DNA of 64,000 nt from Haliangiales bacterium (GTDB lineage: Bacteria; Myxococcota_A; Polyangia; Haliangiales; Haliangiaceae): contig JAYRZI010000002.1 of assembly GCA_041916575.1 (NCBI GenBank), positions 21,117-85,116 on the forward strand, in the 5' to 3' direction. Positions within the stretch are counted from its first letter, which is position 1. Each line of letters begins with the position of its first letter. The translations under genes and the position numbers were made by a program. Below the pieces are notes generated by a model that had not been told where the DNA came from, made no database searches, and saw only the letters and a list, made by a program, of their open reading frames with translations. Shown piece by piece: positions 18,109 to 29,958 of this stretch.

Positions 18109-20202
18109 ATGAAGAAGGATGTCATCGCCAACGTGGTGTTCGTGCCGCTCTTGCTGGTCGCTGCCTGCGGAGGCGCCGCGCGCGAGCCGGTGAGCACGCC
18201 GACGGCTGCTCCCGTGGTGCCCCAGCCCGCGGCGATCGTCGCGAGCGCTCCGTCGCAGCGAGGCATCGAGGCAGGAGATCTCAATCGCGCCATCGATCCG
18301 TGCGTGGACTTCTACGAGTACGCCACCGGTGCCTGGCGGGCGCAGAACCCGATCCCCGAGGGCAAGCCGCGGTGGGGGCGCCGCGCGGTGCAGCGCGTGG
18401 CCATCGCCAAGAAGGTCACCGCGCTCATCCAAGAGGTAGCAGCGCGCGCAGACTGGCCCACCGGCAGCGCCGAGCAGCTCGTCGGCGATCATTACGCCGC
18501 GTGCATGGACGAGGCTGCGGCGGAGGCGGCGGGGCTGGCGCCGCTGGCGCCGCTCTTGGCCGAGCTCGATGCGGCCAAGACGAGCGGCGACGTGCAACGC
18601 TCGATCCGTCAGCTCCACGCACTGGGCATCTCTGCGGCCTTCGGCGTGACCGCCGCCTTCGATCAGCGCGAGCCGATGCTGTTTCAGCTAAACATCGCGG
18701 CTGCCGGGCTCGGGCTGCCGGAGCCCTCGATGTACTCCAAGCCGGACGCGGCCGAGCTGCGCGGCAAGTACAAGCAGCACCTCGCCCGGTTGCTGGTGCT
18801 GGCGGGGACCGCCGAGAAGGCCGCGCTGGCCGCCGCCGACGGCGTGATCGCTCTCGAGAAGAAGCTGGCCGAAGCGTCGCTCGACCCAGCGGTGGCGCAA
18901 GATCCCGCGGCCACCATCAACCGCAAGAGCTTCGCCGAGCTGGCGGCGCTCTCTCCTCGCTTCGATTGGGACAAGTACTTCGCGGAGGCCAAGCTGCCGC
19001 GGCACGCGGTGAACGTGGCCGAGGCCAAGCTCTTGCAGCAGGTGAACAAGGAGCTGCAGTCGACGCCGATCTCGGTATGGAAGGCGTACCTCAAGGTGCA
19101 GCTCTTGTCGGTGGCCGCGCCTTGGCTGTCCAAGGCGTTCGCCGATGAGTCGTTCGCGTTCCAGGGCAAGGTCCTAGGCGGCGCTAGTGAGCCGACGCCG
19201 CGCGCCGCGCGCTGTGCGCAGTCCACCGAGGCGCTCTATGGTGAACCGCTCGGCAAGCTGTTCGTGGAGCGGACCTTTCCCGATTCGGCCAAGGCCAAGG
19301 CGCGCGCGATCTCCGACAGCCTGCTCGCGGTGCTGCGCGAGAACGTCGCCAGCCTGCCGTGGATGGCGGCTGCCACCAAGCAGAAGGCGATCGAGAAGAT
19401 CGCCACCATGAGCGTGCAGCTCGGCTATCCGGACACCTGGAAGGATACCTCCGGGCTCCTCATCCGGCGCGATGCGCCGTGGGCCAACTTCGCGCAGGCG
19501 CGCAAGCATGGCGTCGATGATCTCCGGCGACAGATGGGGCGGCCGACCGATCGCGCGCAGTGGGGCCTGCCGCCGTTCTCCTCGGCGGCGTACCTCGAGG
19601 CGCAGCTCAATGAGCTGGTGCTTCCGGCGGGCTTCCTGCAGCTACCGTACTTCGATGCGGGCGCCACCGACGCCATGAACTACGGCGCGCTCGGTGCCGG
19701 GCTCGCCCACGACATGACCCACGCCTACGACGCGACCGGTGCAGTGCTCGATGCTCAGGGCCGGGCGCAGACCTGGTGGACCGAGGCCGATCGCAAGGCC
19801 TTCGATGAGCGCACGCAGTGCATCATCGAGCAATATGATGGCTACGCGATCGAGCCCGGGGTGTTTCATCAGGGCAAGCAGGTGCTGGCCGAGGCGCTCG
19901 CCGACCAGGCCGGTCTGACCTTCGCGCTGGCGGCGCTCGATCGCTCGATGGCCACCAGCCCGGTGCCCACCGTCGACGGCTTCACGCCCCACCAGCAGTT
20001 CTTCCTGGCCTGGGCCCAGTTCCGCGGCGAGGAGGTGCGCCTCGAGGCACAGCGGCAGCTCGTCAAGGCAGGGCCGCATCCGATGCCGAAGTTTCGGGTG
20101 AACGGCCCCTTGGCGAATATCCCGCAGTTCGCCGAGGCGTTCTCGTGCAAGGCCGGCGCGCCGATGGTGCGCCCGCCCGAGAAGCGCTGCGCCGTCTGGT
20201 GA
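18109..20202 (+). CDS. M13-family metallopeptidase (neprilysin / PepO / endothelin-converting-enzyme-like) lipoprotein
   Basis: Lipoprotein signal MKKDVIANVVFVPLLLVAACGG. M13 motifs NAMNYGALGAGLAHDMTHAYD and GEALADQAG (the GENIADxGG equivalent). The zinc motif reads HDMTH, not the canonical HExxH. Confidence 0.85.
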   Translation: MKKDVIANVVFVPLLLVAACGGAAREPVSTPTAAPVVPQPAAIVASAPSQRGIEAGDLNRAIDPCVDFYEYATGAWRAQNPIPEGKPRWGRRAVQRVAIAKKVTALIQEVAARADWPTGSAEQLVGDHYAACMDEAAAEAAGLAPLAPLLAELDAAKTSGDVQRSIRQLHALGISAAFGVTAAFDQREPMLFQLNIAAAGLGLPEPSMYSKPDAAELRGKYKQHLARLLVLAGTAEKAALAAADGVIALEKKLAEASLDPAVAQDPAATINRKSFAELAALSPRFDWDKYFAEAKLPRHAVNVAEAKLLQQVNKELQSTPISVWKAYLKVQLLSVAAPWLSKAFADESFAFQGKVLGGASEPTPRAARCAQSTEALYGEPLGKLFVERTFPDSAKAKARAISDSLLAVLRENVASLPWMAAATKQKAIEKIATMSVQLGYPDTWKDTSGLLIRRDAPWANFAQARKHGVDDLRRQMGRPTDRAQWGLPPFSSAAYLEAQLNELVLPAGFLQLPYFDAGATDAMNYGALGAGLAHDMTHAYDATGAVLDAQGRAQTWWTEADRKAFDERTQCIIEQYDGYAIEPGVFHQGKQVLAEALADQAGLTFALAALDRSMATSPVPTVDGFTPHQQFFLAWAQFRGEEVRLEAQRQLVKAGPHPMPKFRVNGPLANIPQFAEAFSCKAGAPMVRPPEKRCAVW

Positions 20203-20380
20203 GAGGCGCTCGCGCCGGCTCGGGCATCTCTCCACCGAGGTTCTAGCCGGTTCAGGCTGCCGATCCATCGCGGAGCGCTGCGTGGCCGTTCCTCGCGGTA
20301 CGCGGTGGCGCCGCGGCGCGATGCCTCGCGCGCGTCGCGCCTCGGCACCGTCACCCAATCCTCTCCACTCTCGAGCGGTG

Positions 20381-21796
<1,416 letters not shown>

Positions 21797-21920
21797 GGCG
21801 CGATAGTAGAGCACAATCCCCTCGGACCAGGGGGCTTCCGCGGATCACCGAAATGTCGCGAGCTGGGTTACCGAAAGCCCTTGCGCAATCAGCGCCCGGC
21901 TCGGTATACGGACCTCGACG

Positions 21921-23855
21921 ATGCCAAAGTCGCACACGACCGAGTCCCCCCGGGCGTTGCAACCTCCTGTTGATCCGGGCGCCGGTTCAGGCCGCGGCAG
22001 GTGGCCGGTAGGCCTCGGTACGGCGGCGGTGGTGCTGGTGTTCGGGGCCGCTTGCACGGTGAGCCGCGAGCAGCCAAACCTCGTCGGCCAGGACATCCGG
22101 CTGACGTTCATCCACACCTCGGACATCCACTCTCGGTTGTTTCCGTACCAGTTCATCCCCAACCGCTTCGATCAGGATGATGGCCTGCTACCCTCCAACG
22201 GTCCGTTCGGCGGCATCGCGCGGATGGCGACCATCGCCAAGAAGATCCGCAGCAGCACTAGCCGCTCGCTATGGCTCGACTCCGGCGACTGCTTCCAGGG
22301 CGCGCCGGTCTTCAACATGTTCAAGGGCGAGGCGGAGATGCGCTCGCTCTCGCTCGCCGGCATGGATGGCGCGGTGGTCGGCAATCACGAGTTCGATCTG
22401 GGCTCGCAGAACCTCTTCGAGCAGATCGACTCCTGGGCGCAGTTTCCGCTGCTGGCGGCCAACTATCTGTTCGAGGATCCGCCCAACCCCGATCAGCGCA
22501 GCCTGAGGGACGTGGTTCGCCCGTATCACATCTATGACGTCAAGGGCGTCAAGATCGGTGTGATCGGGATGGCGAACTGGGGCTCGATGACCGGCATCTT
22601 CGAGGGCGGCAACTCGCTCGGCATCCGCCCGATCGACGATCGGGTGGCGCTCGATCAATATGTGCGCCTGCTGCGCCCGGTGGTGGACGTGGTGGTGGTG
22701 GTGAGCCACCTGGGCCTCGATGAAGACGAGAACCTGACCTCGCGTGAGGTCGACGATCCCAACGCGGCGCTGCCGCTGCAGGGGGTGGATCTCATCCTCG
22801 GCGGTCACCTGCACATCGTCACCGATCCGCCCAAGATCATCCCCAACGACGACAAGGGCAACAGCACCATCGTCGTGCACTCCGGGGCCTTCGCCAAGTA
22901 CGTGGGCCGGCTCGACGTGACGGTGCGAATCGGCGAGGACAACAGCGATCCGGAGCGGCGCAGCCGCATCACCGCCTACGGCTACGACAACATCCCGGTG
23001 GACAGCAAGGTGCCAGACGATCCCGAGGTGGCGGATCTGCTGTGGCCGTACTCGGTGGCGATCAATCGCGACATCAACCTCGGCGGCGTGTTCGCGTACG
23101 TCAACCCGCCCGGCGATGCCAAGATCGTCCGCGCCGACACCAGCGGCGGCGATTCGCAGCTCGGCAACCTGGTGGCGCGCGCCATGCAAACTCGCTCTGG
23201 CGTCGAGGCCGAGATGGCGCTGACCAACTCGCTGGGCATTCGCGCCGACTTCGAACGCGGGCCGCTCACGGTCGAGCAGATGTTCAACGTCTTCCCGTTC
23301 GAGAACTCGATCACCATCATCTATCTGTCGGGCTCGGAGATCCAGGAGACCTTGGACTTCGTGGCGCGACGCTCCGCTGACCGCGGCTGCCGTGCGCAAG
23401 CGCAGGTCGCAGGCGTGTGGTTCGACATGGTGTGCCGCGGCCAGTGCCCGGATCCCGATCCGAGCGACGGCTTCGTCCCCACGGCGTGCGCCAAGAACAT
23501 CTATCTCGGCGAGGATTGCCGTAACGGGATGGCGTCTGGCCCCATCGATCCGGCCAAGTGCCGGCCGGTGGTGCCGACGGGGCTCTATCGCGTGGCGGTG
23601 AACGACTACATCGCCCGTGGCGGCTCCGGCTTCACCGTGCTCAAGCGCAACACCTCCAAGCAGGACACCGGAGTGTCGTTGCGCGACGCGCTGCAGGTGT
23701 ACCTGCGCCAGCAGCCGGCGTGCGCGTCCACGATCATCGACGAGACTGACAAGGCCTCGCCCAAGCGCTCGGTGCGCGACCGCTGGGGGGACGTGGCGTG
23801 CCTGGGCAACACCATCGAGCCTCACGATGGCCGTATCCGCCCGGTGTTCGAGTGA
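21921..23855 (+). CDS. Bifunctional metallophosphatase / 5'-nucleotidase family protein (UshA-like)
   Basis: Calcineurin-like phosphoesterase motifs IHTSDIHSRL, DSGDCFQG and GNHEFD, plus a C-terminal 5'-nucleotidase domain. Confidence 0.8.
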   Translation: MPKSHTTESPRALQPPVDPGAGSGRGRWPVGLGTAAVVLVFGAACTVSREQPNLVGQDIRLTFIHTSDIHSRLFPYQFIPNRFDQDDGLLPSNGPFGGIARMATIAKKIRSSTSRSLWLDSGDCFQGAPVFNMFKGEAEMRSLSLAGMDGAVVGNHEFDLGSQNLFEQIDSWAQFPLLAANYLFEDPPNPDQRSLRDVVRPYHIYDVKGVKIGVIGMANWGSMTGIFEGGNSLGIRPIDDRVALDQYVRLLRPVVDVVVVVSHLGLDEDENLTSREVDDPNAALPLQGVDLILGGHLHIVTDPPKIIPNDDKGNSTIVVHSGAFAKYVGRLDVTVRIGEDNSDPERRSRITAYGYDNIPVDSKVPDDPEVADLLWPYSVAINRDINLGGVFAYVNPPGDAKIVRADTSGGDSQLGNLVARAMQTRSGVEAEMALTNSLGIRADFERGPLTVEQMFNVFPFENSITIIYLSGSEIQETLDFVARRSADRGCRAQAQVAGVWFDMVCRGQCPDPDPSDGFVPTACAKNIYLGEDCRNGMASGPIDPAKCRPVVPTGLYRVAVNDYIARGGSGFTVLKRNTSKQDTGVSLRDALQVYLRQQPACASTIIDETDKASPKRSVRDRWGDVACLGNTIEPHDGRIRPVFE

Positions 23856-23908
23856 GCCCTCGCCTGTTCGATGCGCCTTCGGCTCGTGGCTCTGGCAAGG
23901 ATGGCCTC

Positions 23909-25087
23909 ATGATCCGCTTCCCGTTGCTTCCCTCCACCGCACTCGTCGCGGCGCTGCTCTCGGCGCTGCCGAGCGCGTGTACCGACGATCGTGGAGCCGT
24001 GGTCACCGGCACCCAGTCTCTGCGCGTCGACCTGATGGCGCCCGCCATGACCGGTTCACAGACCGAGCGGCTACCGGACGCCTCGCGCACGGTGCCGGTG
24101 CTGGTCACTGCGCTCGACGCGGAGGGCAAGCTCGATCCTTCGCTGAGCGGCGATCTGCGGGTGTTCGTGCAGTACCTCGGCAGCATGACCCCCCCGCTCG
24201 ATTCGGGCGCGCCGCTGACCACGCTGCGCATGGCGGCGGGGCAGGCCAGCGGCACCGTGAGCTTGCCGCCGGTGTTCGGTCCGACCGTGCTCTGGGTGGA
24301 GCACTCGACTGGGCCGAGCCCGACCTACGCCACCGGCACGTCACCACGCCTGTGGTACCGCGAGCCGACGATCTCCGATATCTCGACTCCCTCGGATGAG
24401 GCCAGCCTGGCCGCGCTGGCGACCTCGCCGCTCGAGCTCAAGCAGGCGCGCGTGGAGACCAGCCGATACGGGGCGCGCGGCCGGCTGGTGGTGACCTCGG
24501 TGTACTCGCAGGGCTACACCGTCTCCGATGTGCAGTGCGCGGACGAGGCCGGCACGCCGCCTTGCACCACTGGCAACTACGACCACGTGACCATCTTCAC
24601 CTTCAGCGCGCCCCGCGATGAGCGCGGCCGCGAGCTGGTCGTGGGCCAGGTGATCCGCGGCTTCGCTGGCGGCGTGGTGGAGTTCAATGGCCTGACCGAG
24701 CTGTCGTTCCCGCAGACCTTCGCCTTCGAAGGCGATCCCGACGTGAACCTGGCTCGCTTGCCCGAGCCCCGGGTGCTCCAGCAGTCGTGGTTCGGGCAGA
24801 AGATCGAGTTCGAGCGCGTCGAGTCGAGCCCGATCGCGGTGCTCGGCGGCACGGTGTGCCCACTCGATGATGACTACGAGGAATTCAAGCAGTGGAAGCT
24901 CGATGTGGGCAATGGCTGCAACGGCGACGTCATCAACCTGGTGACCAACGGGGTGCTGGACTTCGACCCCGCCGCCAACGTCGGCCGCGTGTTGCCGCGG
25001 GTCGTCGGCGCGCTGCGCCCCATCAACATCGGCTCCTTCAATGTGTGGATCATCTTCCCGCGCTTCGCGCAGGACATCACGTTCTAG
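23909..25087 (+). CDS. Hypothetical lipoprotein
   Basis: MIRFPLLPSTALVAALLSALPSAC signal with lipobox, then beta-rich protein. The ORF upstream extension overlaps the nucleotidase gene and is trimmed. Confidence 0.55.
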   Translation: MIRFPLLPSTALVAALLSALPSACTDDRGAVVTGTQSLRVDLMAPAMTGSQTERLPDASRTVPVLVTALDAEGKLDPSLSGDLRVFVQYLGSMTPPLDSGAPLTTLRMAAGQASGTVSLPPVFGPTVLWVEHSTGPSPTYATGTSPRLWYREPTISDISTPSDEASLAALATSPLELKQARVETSRYGARGRLVVTSVYSQGYTVSDVQCADEAGTPPCTTGNYDHVTIFTFSAPRDERGRELVVGQVIRGFAGGVVEFNGLTELSFPQTFAFEGDPDVNLARLPEPRVLQQSWFGQKIEFERVESSPIAVLGGTVCPLDDDYEEFKQWKLDVGNGCNGDVINLVTNGVLDFDPAANVGRVLPRVVGALRPINIGSFNVWIIFPRFAQDITF

Positions 25088-25156
25088 GCCTGCGCCTCGT
25101 TCCCAGACCTTCACACTCCGCCCTCGTTCGGCGTCACCGGCATCCCGGAGGATCTC

Positions 25157-26914
25157 TTGCTTCGCCACCTGACTCGTTCGCTCTCGCTGCTGCTCCTGGT
25201 CACTAGCGTTGCTGCGGCGCAGCCGACGCCGCCCGCCGCCGGCGCGGCCGGGCAACCGGCTCCCGCGCCGGCGCCCGCACCGGCTCCTGCCCCGGCGCCG
25301 GTGGCCGAGGTGCCTGCGGCGCCCCCGCTCGATGAGGCGCGGGTCCGTGAGCTCGTGGATCGCGAGGTGGCCCGGATCCTCGCCGAGCGCGCGGTGAAAG
25401 AAGAGGCCGAGAAGGCGGCCCGGGAGGCCGCGGCCGCCCCCGCCGCGGCGCCCCCACAGGGCAACATGCGCGGCGCCAGCGGCTTCATGGATGCGCGCCT
25501 GGCGTTCACCCTGACCAACGAGAACATCCTGGCCGAGCCGGGCGAGACCATCCCCAGCGTCCCCGGCTGGCGGTTCGGTCGCCCCAACTCGCTGGGCACG
25601 CTGTTCTTCGACAACTACGACACCCGCTTCTCCGGCTACGAGACGCTGTCGCACGCGGTCCTGTATCGCAACTACCGCAAGGGCAACCTCGAGGTAGAGG
25701 GCGCGCTGGTGTTCCGCATCAACGAGATCACCGAGCGCCAGATCGACCTGTCGGATGCCGGTAGCTACATCCTCACGAGCTGGTGGAAGGATCCCAAGCA
25801 CGAGGATCCGACGCGAGTGTCGTTGACCGTGTTCCCGGTGTCCGCCGACCGGTTCCGGCTCGGCTATAGCTACCGTCTTTCGTGGGGCGGTAACGAAGAG
25901 TACCGCCGCAGCCGCCGCGCCATCCCCGGCCTCAAGCTCCAGGTGGACACCGGCAAGCAGTACGCCTTCATCGGCGCCAAGAGCACGGTGGTGCTCAACC
26001 CCAAGACCGCGGAGGAAGAGTCGGTGTTCGCGCTGCTCGGCGGCGCGGGCGTGGACGTGACCCCGAAGGTGCGGGTGGAGGTCAACGGCGGCTTCTTCGA
26101 CCGCGGCAACAACGAGCTCGAGGACGTCAACGACCAGACCGTGCAGCTCTATGGCGTCTCGGCGCAGGTCGCGGTGCACGACGGCATGCCGGTGCAGTCG
26201 TCCATCGACTACAAGCTGTACAAGAACGATGGCGAGCGCATCGGCCAGCTCTTCAAGAAGCAGACCTACTCTGGCGGCCTCTCCTGGCTCGCCATGGCCG
26301 AGGGCACCGTGCTCGGCCAGACGCTCAAGGACCCCGAGAAGAGCGGCTCCACCAAGGCGCAGCTCGGGTTCGCCGCCGACCTCAACGTGCGCTTGCTCTA
26401 CGATCGCTATCGGGTCCGGTTCGATGGCCAAGTGCGCGATCTCGCGTACATCCTGCATTCGACGCCGAGCTTGCCCACGTACTCGGACTTCCCTTCGGCC
26501 TACGAGAAGGCGGCCAACTTCTTCGTGGCGGCCGGCGTGGATCGCAACTGGGGGGACCGCCTGACCGTTGGCGCGGTGGTCGGCCTCGAGCTGCCGGCCA
26601 CGCTGACCACGCCATCGGGCATCCCTGGCGACACCACGGCCAGCGGCAAGTCGACCGCGGTCATCCGCAACAACGGCCAGCAGACGATCATCACGGTGCT
26701 GCCGGCCGGCGAGACCGCGGTGCCGCAGGTGGCCTTCAAGCTGTCGGGGCAGCTCGACTTCGGCGACATCTATGCAGCGCTGGTCGATGTCTACTACAGC
26801 TACGATGGCAATCAGACCCGGCTGCGCCGCAACGGCCCCGAGGGGCTGTTCGAGTACGAGTTCGGCGAGTTCAACCAGCTCGGCATGAACCTCACGCTGC
26901 AGGCCAAGTTCTGA
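25157..26914 (+). CDS. Hypothetical secreted protein, probably an outer-membrane beta-barrel, with an N-terminal (PA)n low-complexity linker
   Basis: Signal peptide MLRHLTRSLSLLLLVTSVAAAQP, a PAPAPAPAPAPAP tract, alternating hydrophobic beta-strand pattern and a C-terminal ...LTLQAKF (terminal aromatic). The 937-aa minus-strand ORF 24341..27154 is antisense to it. Confidence 0.6.
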   Translation: MLRHLTRSLSLLLLVTSVAAAQPTPPAAGAAGQPAPAPAPAPAPAPAPVAEVPAAPPLDEARVRELVDREVARILAERAVKEEAEKAAREAAAAPAAAPPQGNMRGASGFMDARLAFTLTNENILAEPGETIPSVPGWRFGRPNSLGTLFFDNYDTRFSGYETLSHAVLYRNYRKGNLEVEGALVFRINEITERQIDLSDAGSYILTSWWKDPKHEDPTRVSLTVFPVSADRFRLGYSYRLSWGGNEEYRRSRRAIPGLKLQVDTGKQYAFIGAKSTVVLNPKTAEEESVFALLGGAGVDVTPKVRVEVNGGFFDRGNNELEDVNDQTVQLYGVSAQVAVHDGMPVQSSIDYKLYKNDGERIGQLFKKQTYSGGLSWLAMAEGTVLGQTLKDPEKSGSTKAQLGFAADLNVRLLYDRYRVRFDGQVRDLAYILHSTPSLPTYSDFPSAYEKAANFFVAAGVDRNWGDRLTVGAVVGLELPATLTTPSGIPGDTTASGKSTAVIRNNGQQTIITVLPAGETAVPQVAFKLSGQLDFGDIYAALVDVYYSYDGNQTRLRRNGPEGLFEYEFGEFNQLGMNLTLQAKF

Positions 26915-27433
26915 AAAATTCCGGTAGGATGCCTGCGTCTGCTGCTTGCGGCGCCAGCCCATAGCAGCGGTTGCGCGGCCCGAGCTTGAGAGTTCTGTGG
27001 GCTTTCGGCCCGCGATCGCAGCGTCGGCCGAAGGGCGGCCTGCGCGGGGAAGCGGGCACATGTGCCGGCAACAGGCGCGCGACATTGGAAGGCATGGTCC
27101 GATCCTGTGATCCTTGGGGATGACGAGGAGGGCGTCAGCCGGGGACTCGATCACCGATGCCAGGAGCGCAGCATCAACCGATCCGAGTGCCCTCGCAGCC
27201 GACGTTGTTCCGATCCTAGAGGGGAGGGAAGGATTACTGTCACGATGACAATAATGTGTACAGGGCGGCCCGTCCGCCTTTCGGACAACCGGCGCTGCCG
27301 CCCATCACCGGCGTGGGGCAGGCCACCAAACCCTTGGGTTTGGTGGCAACCGGCGAAACTTGCCTACCTATACGCTTGAGGTGTGCAGATTTCAGGGATC
27401 TGCTTAGTGTCGAAGCTAATAATGTAGTTTTAC

Positions 27434-28393
27434 ATGCATTATTTGCGTCGATTTGGCCCTCATTCGGTGGCGGCGGGCGGAGCAGGCGGCCCAGGGGGAG
27501 GCTATGCTTTCCCTCTCATGCCGGTCTACGCAATGAATGTTCAGCTCAGCTCTCGCCTTCGCTGGCGGTGGCTGTGCGATCTGCTGGGGAGCTGGGTTCG
27601 GCGGCTGGGCCTGGTGGCGCCGGGGTTCATCATCGCTTGTCAGGATGGACAGGCGCGGCAATCGGTCCACGATCCTTCGCGGGTGAGCCACGCATCCATG
27701 CTGCCGGATGCTCGCGTGTCGCCAGATGGGCCGCGGAGCCTTGGCACCTTTCAGATCACGTTCTATCACGTGGCCACAGAGGAGGAGGTCGATGCACCGC
27801 GGCGCGCCGACCCTTCTATAGATGAAGCCGGATCCGATCTGCCGGTGTTCGCGGCTGCCGCGCCGGACACGGTGACGCTGTATCACGGCAAGACCTGTGC
27901 GCCGATAGCCGAGGTATCTCGGGCTTTTGCGGCAGCCGCGGAGATGCAAGGCACGGGCAAGCTGCGAGACGGCCGCGTGATCAACATCTGGGGCGCGTGC
28001 TCCTGTGACCGGTCGCCTTGTTTTCACTTCACCACGCAGAAGTGGGGCAACGCCGGCACCGGCCGTGGTCTGACTCCCTTCCGCACCGTGGCGGTGGATC
28101 CCAAGGTCGTGAAGCTTGGATCCCTGCTGTATGTGCCGATCTTGGAAGGCCGGCAGATGCCCGGGCGCTCGCCATGGGGCGGGTTCGTGCATGACGGCTG
28201 CGTGGTGGCGGATGACACGGGCGGTGCCATCAACGACAACCAGCTCGACCTGTTCGTGGGGCGGCGGGCCTACTACCGGGCCCTGGCCAACCGCGGCAGT
28301 CACGCCTGGGCCAAGACGGCCGAGGTGTTCGACGGCAGCGGGATCTGTGAGCGGGCGGGGCGGGTAGTGCAGCGGCGAACCGGCTCGATCTAG
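27434..28393 (+). CDS. 3D-domain (MltA/RlpA-like double-psi beta-barrel) protein, a putative cell-wall lytic transglycosylase-like protein
   Basis: C-terminal motif TVAVDPKVVKLGSLLYVP...GCVVADDTGGAINDNQLDLFVG is the 3D domain with its three conserved Asp. An AT-rich promoter-like region lies upstream. Confidence 0.65.
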   Translation: MHYLRRFGPHSVAAGGAGGPGGGYAFPLMPVYAMNVQLSSRLRWRWLCDLLGSWVRRLGLVAPGFIIACQDGQARQSVHDPSRVSHASMLPDARVSPDGPRSLGTFQITFYHVATEEEVDAPRRADPSIDEAGSDLPVFAAAAPDTVTLYHGKTCAPIAEVSRAFAAAAEMQGTGKLRDGRVINIWGACSCDRSPCFHFTTQKWGNAGTGRGLTPFRTVAVDPKVVKLGSLLYVPILEGRQMPGRSPWGGFVHDGCVVADDTGGAINDNQLDLFVGRRAYYRALANRGSHAWAKTAEVFDGSGICERAGRVVQRRTGSI

Positions 28394-28532
28394 CCAGGTG
28401 GTGGCGCGTGCGACGGCTCGAGCCAGGGGGGGCCGCCGGCCCTCGAATGGACAGCGCCGCCGCCGTTCGGCGTGAGCCGATGTTCGACAGTCGATCGGTA
28501 CAGTTGACCCTTTCCCTGCGGAAACCGTACCT

Positions 28533-28817
28533 TTGCTGGCGATGTACCTGGGCATCGTCTCCGGCACTGTGGTCGCTTCGCGCAAGGCCGAAGGGCTCTC
28601 CGGCGCCAAGCTCTTGCTCGTACAGCCGGTAGATGAGGCGCGGGTGGCGACCGGCGATCTTCAGGTCGCGGTGGACACCGTGCAGGCCGGCGAAGGCGAC
28701 CTCGTGTACCTCGTTGGCTCGCGCGAGGCGGCGTTGGCGCTCGATCCTTTCTTCGTACCGGTAGATGCGGCGATCGTCGGCATCGTGGACGGCGTGCCGA
28801 GCAAGGGGACGCCATGA
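28533..28817 (+). CDS. Bacterial microcompartment vertex protein (BMC-P; EutN/CcmL/PduN family)
   Basis: [29 protein letters not shown]...[27 protein letters not shown]...[13 protein letters not shown] matches the EutN/CcmL consensus (AVD..GAG.G..V.LV.GS.AR...PVDA.I.GIVD.V). Confidence 0.85.
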   Translation: MLAMYLGIVSGTVVASRKAEGLSGAKLLLVQPVDEARVATGDLQVAVDTVQAGEGDLVYLVGSREAALALDPFFVPVDAAIVGIVDGVPSKGTP

Positions 28818-29115
28818 GGCTGTGCCGCGTGGTCGGGCCCATGTGGGCGACCGTCAAACACCCCGCGTTCGTCGCGCGGACCCTGCTGGTGGTGCAGCCG
28901 ATCGATGAGCAAGGTCGCGAAGCAGGCGCCTCGTTCGTCGCGGTCGACCACGCGCAAGCGGGCGCCGGCGATAGGGTCTTGGTGCTCGTCGAGGGCAACG
29001 GCGCGCGTCAGATCTTGCGCGGCGAGCAGCTCCCCATCCGCTCGGTCATCGTGGGGGTGGTCGACGCGGTCGACGTGGTCGACCAGCCTCGGGGTGAGCC
29101 TCAGCAGGGGGCGTC

Positions 29116-29119
<4 letters not shown>
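28814..29119 (+). CDS. Second BMC vertex protein (BMC-P; EutN/CcmL/PduN family)
   Basis: [29 protein letters not shown]...[25 protein letters not shown]...[12 protein letters not shown]. Its start makes a 4-bp overlap with the preceding gene. Confidence 0.8.

Positions 29120-29954
<835 letters not shown>

Positions 29955-29958
<4 letters not shown>

Noticed and set aside
24341-27154. 937-aa minus-strand ORF spanning two plus-strand genes. Similar long ORFs are listed at 7033..8565, 11256..13160, 13070..14197, 14267..15934, 20282..21973, 22269..23825, 35623..37989, 42167..43465, 43474..45396 and 31878..33173.
   Set aside because: They are antisense to ORFs with recognisable domains, have Arg/Ala/Gly/His-dominated low-complexity composition typical of the non-coding strand at 70% GC, and have no domain motifs. 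Treated as artefacts.
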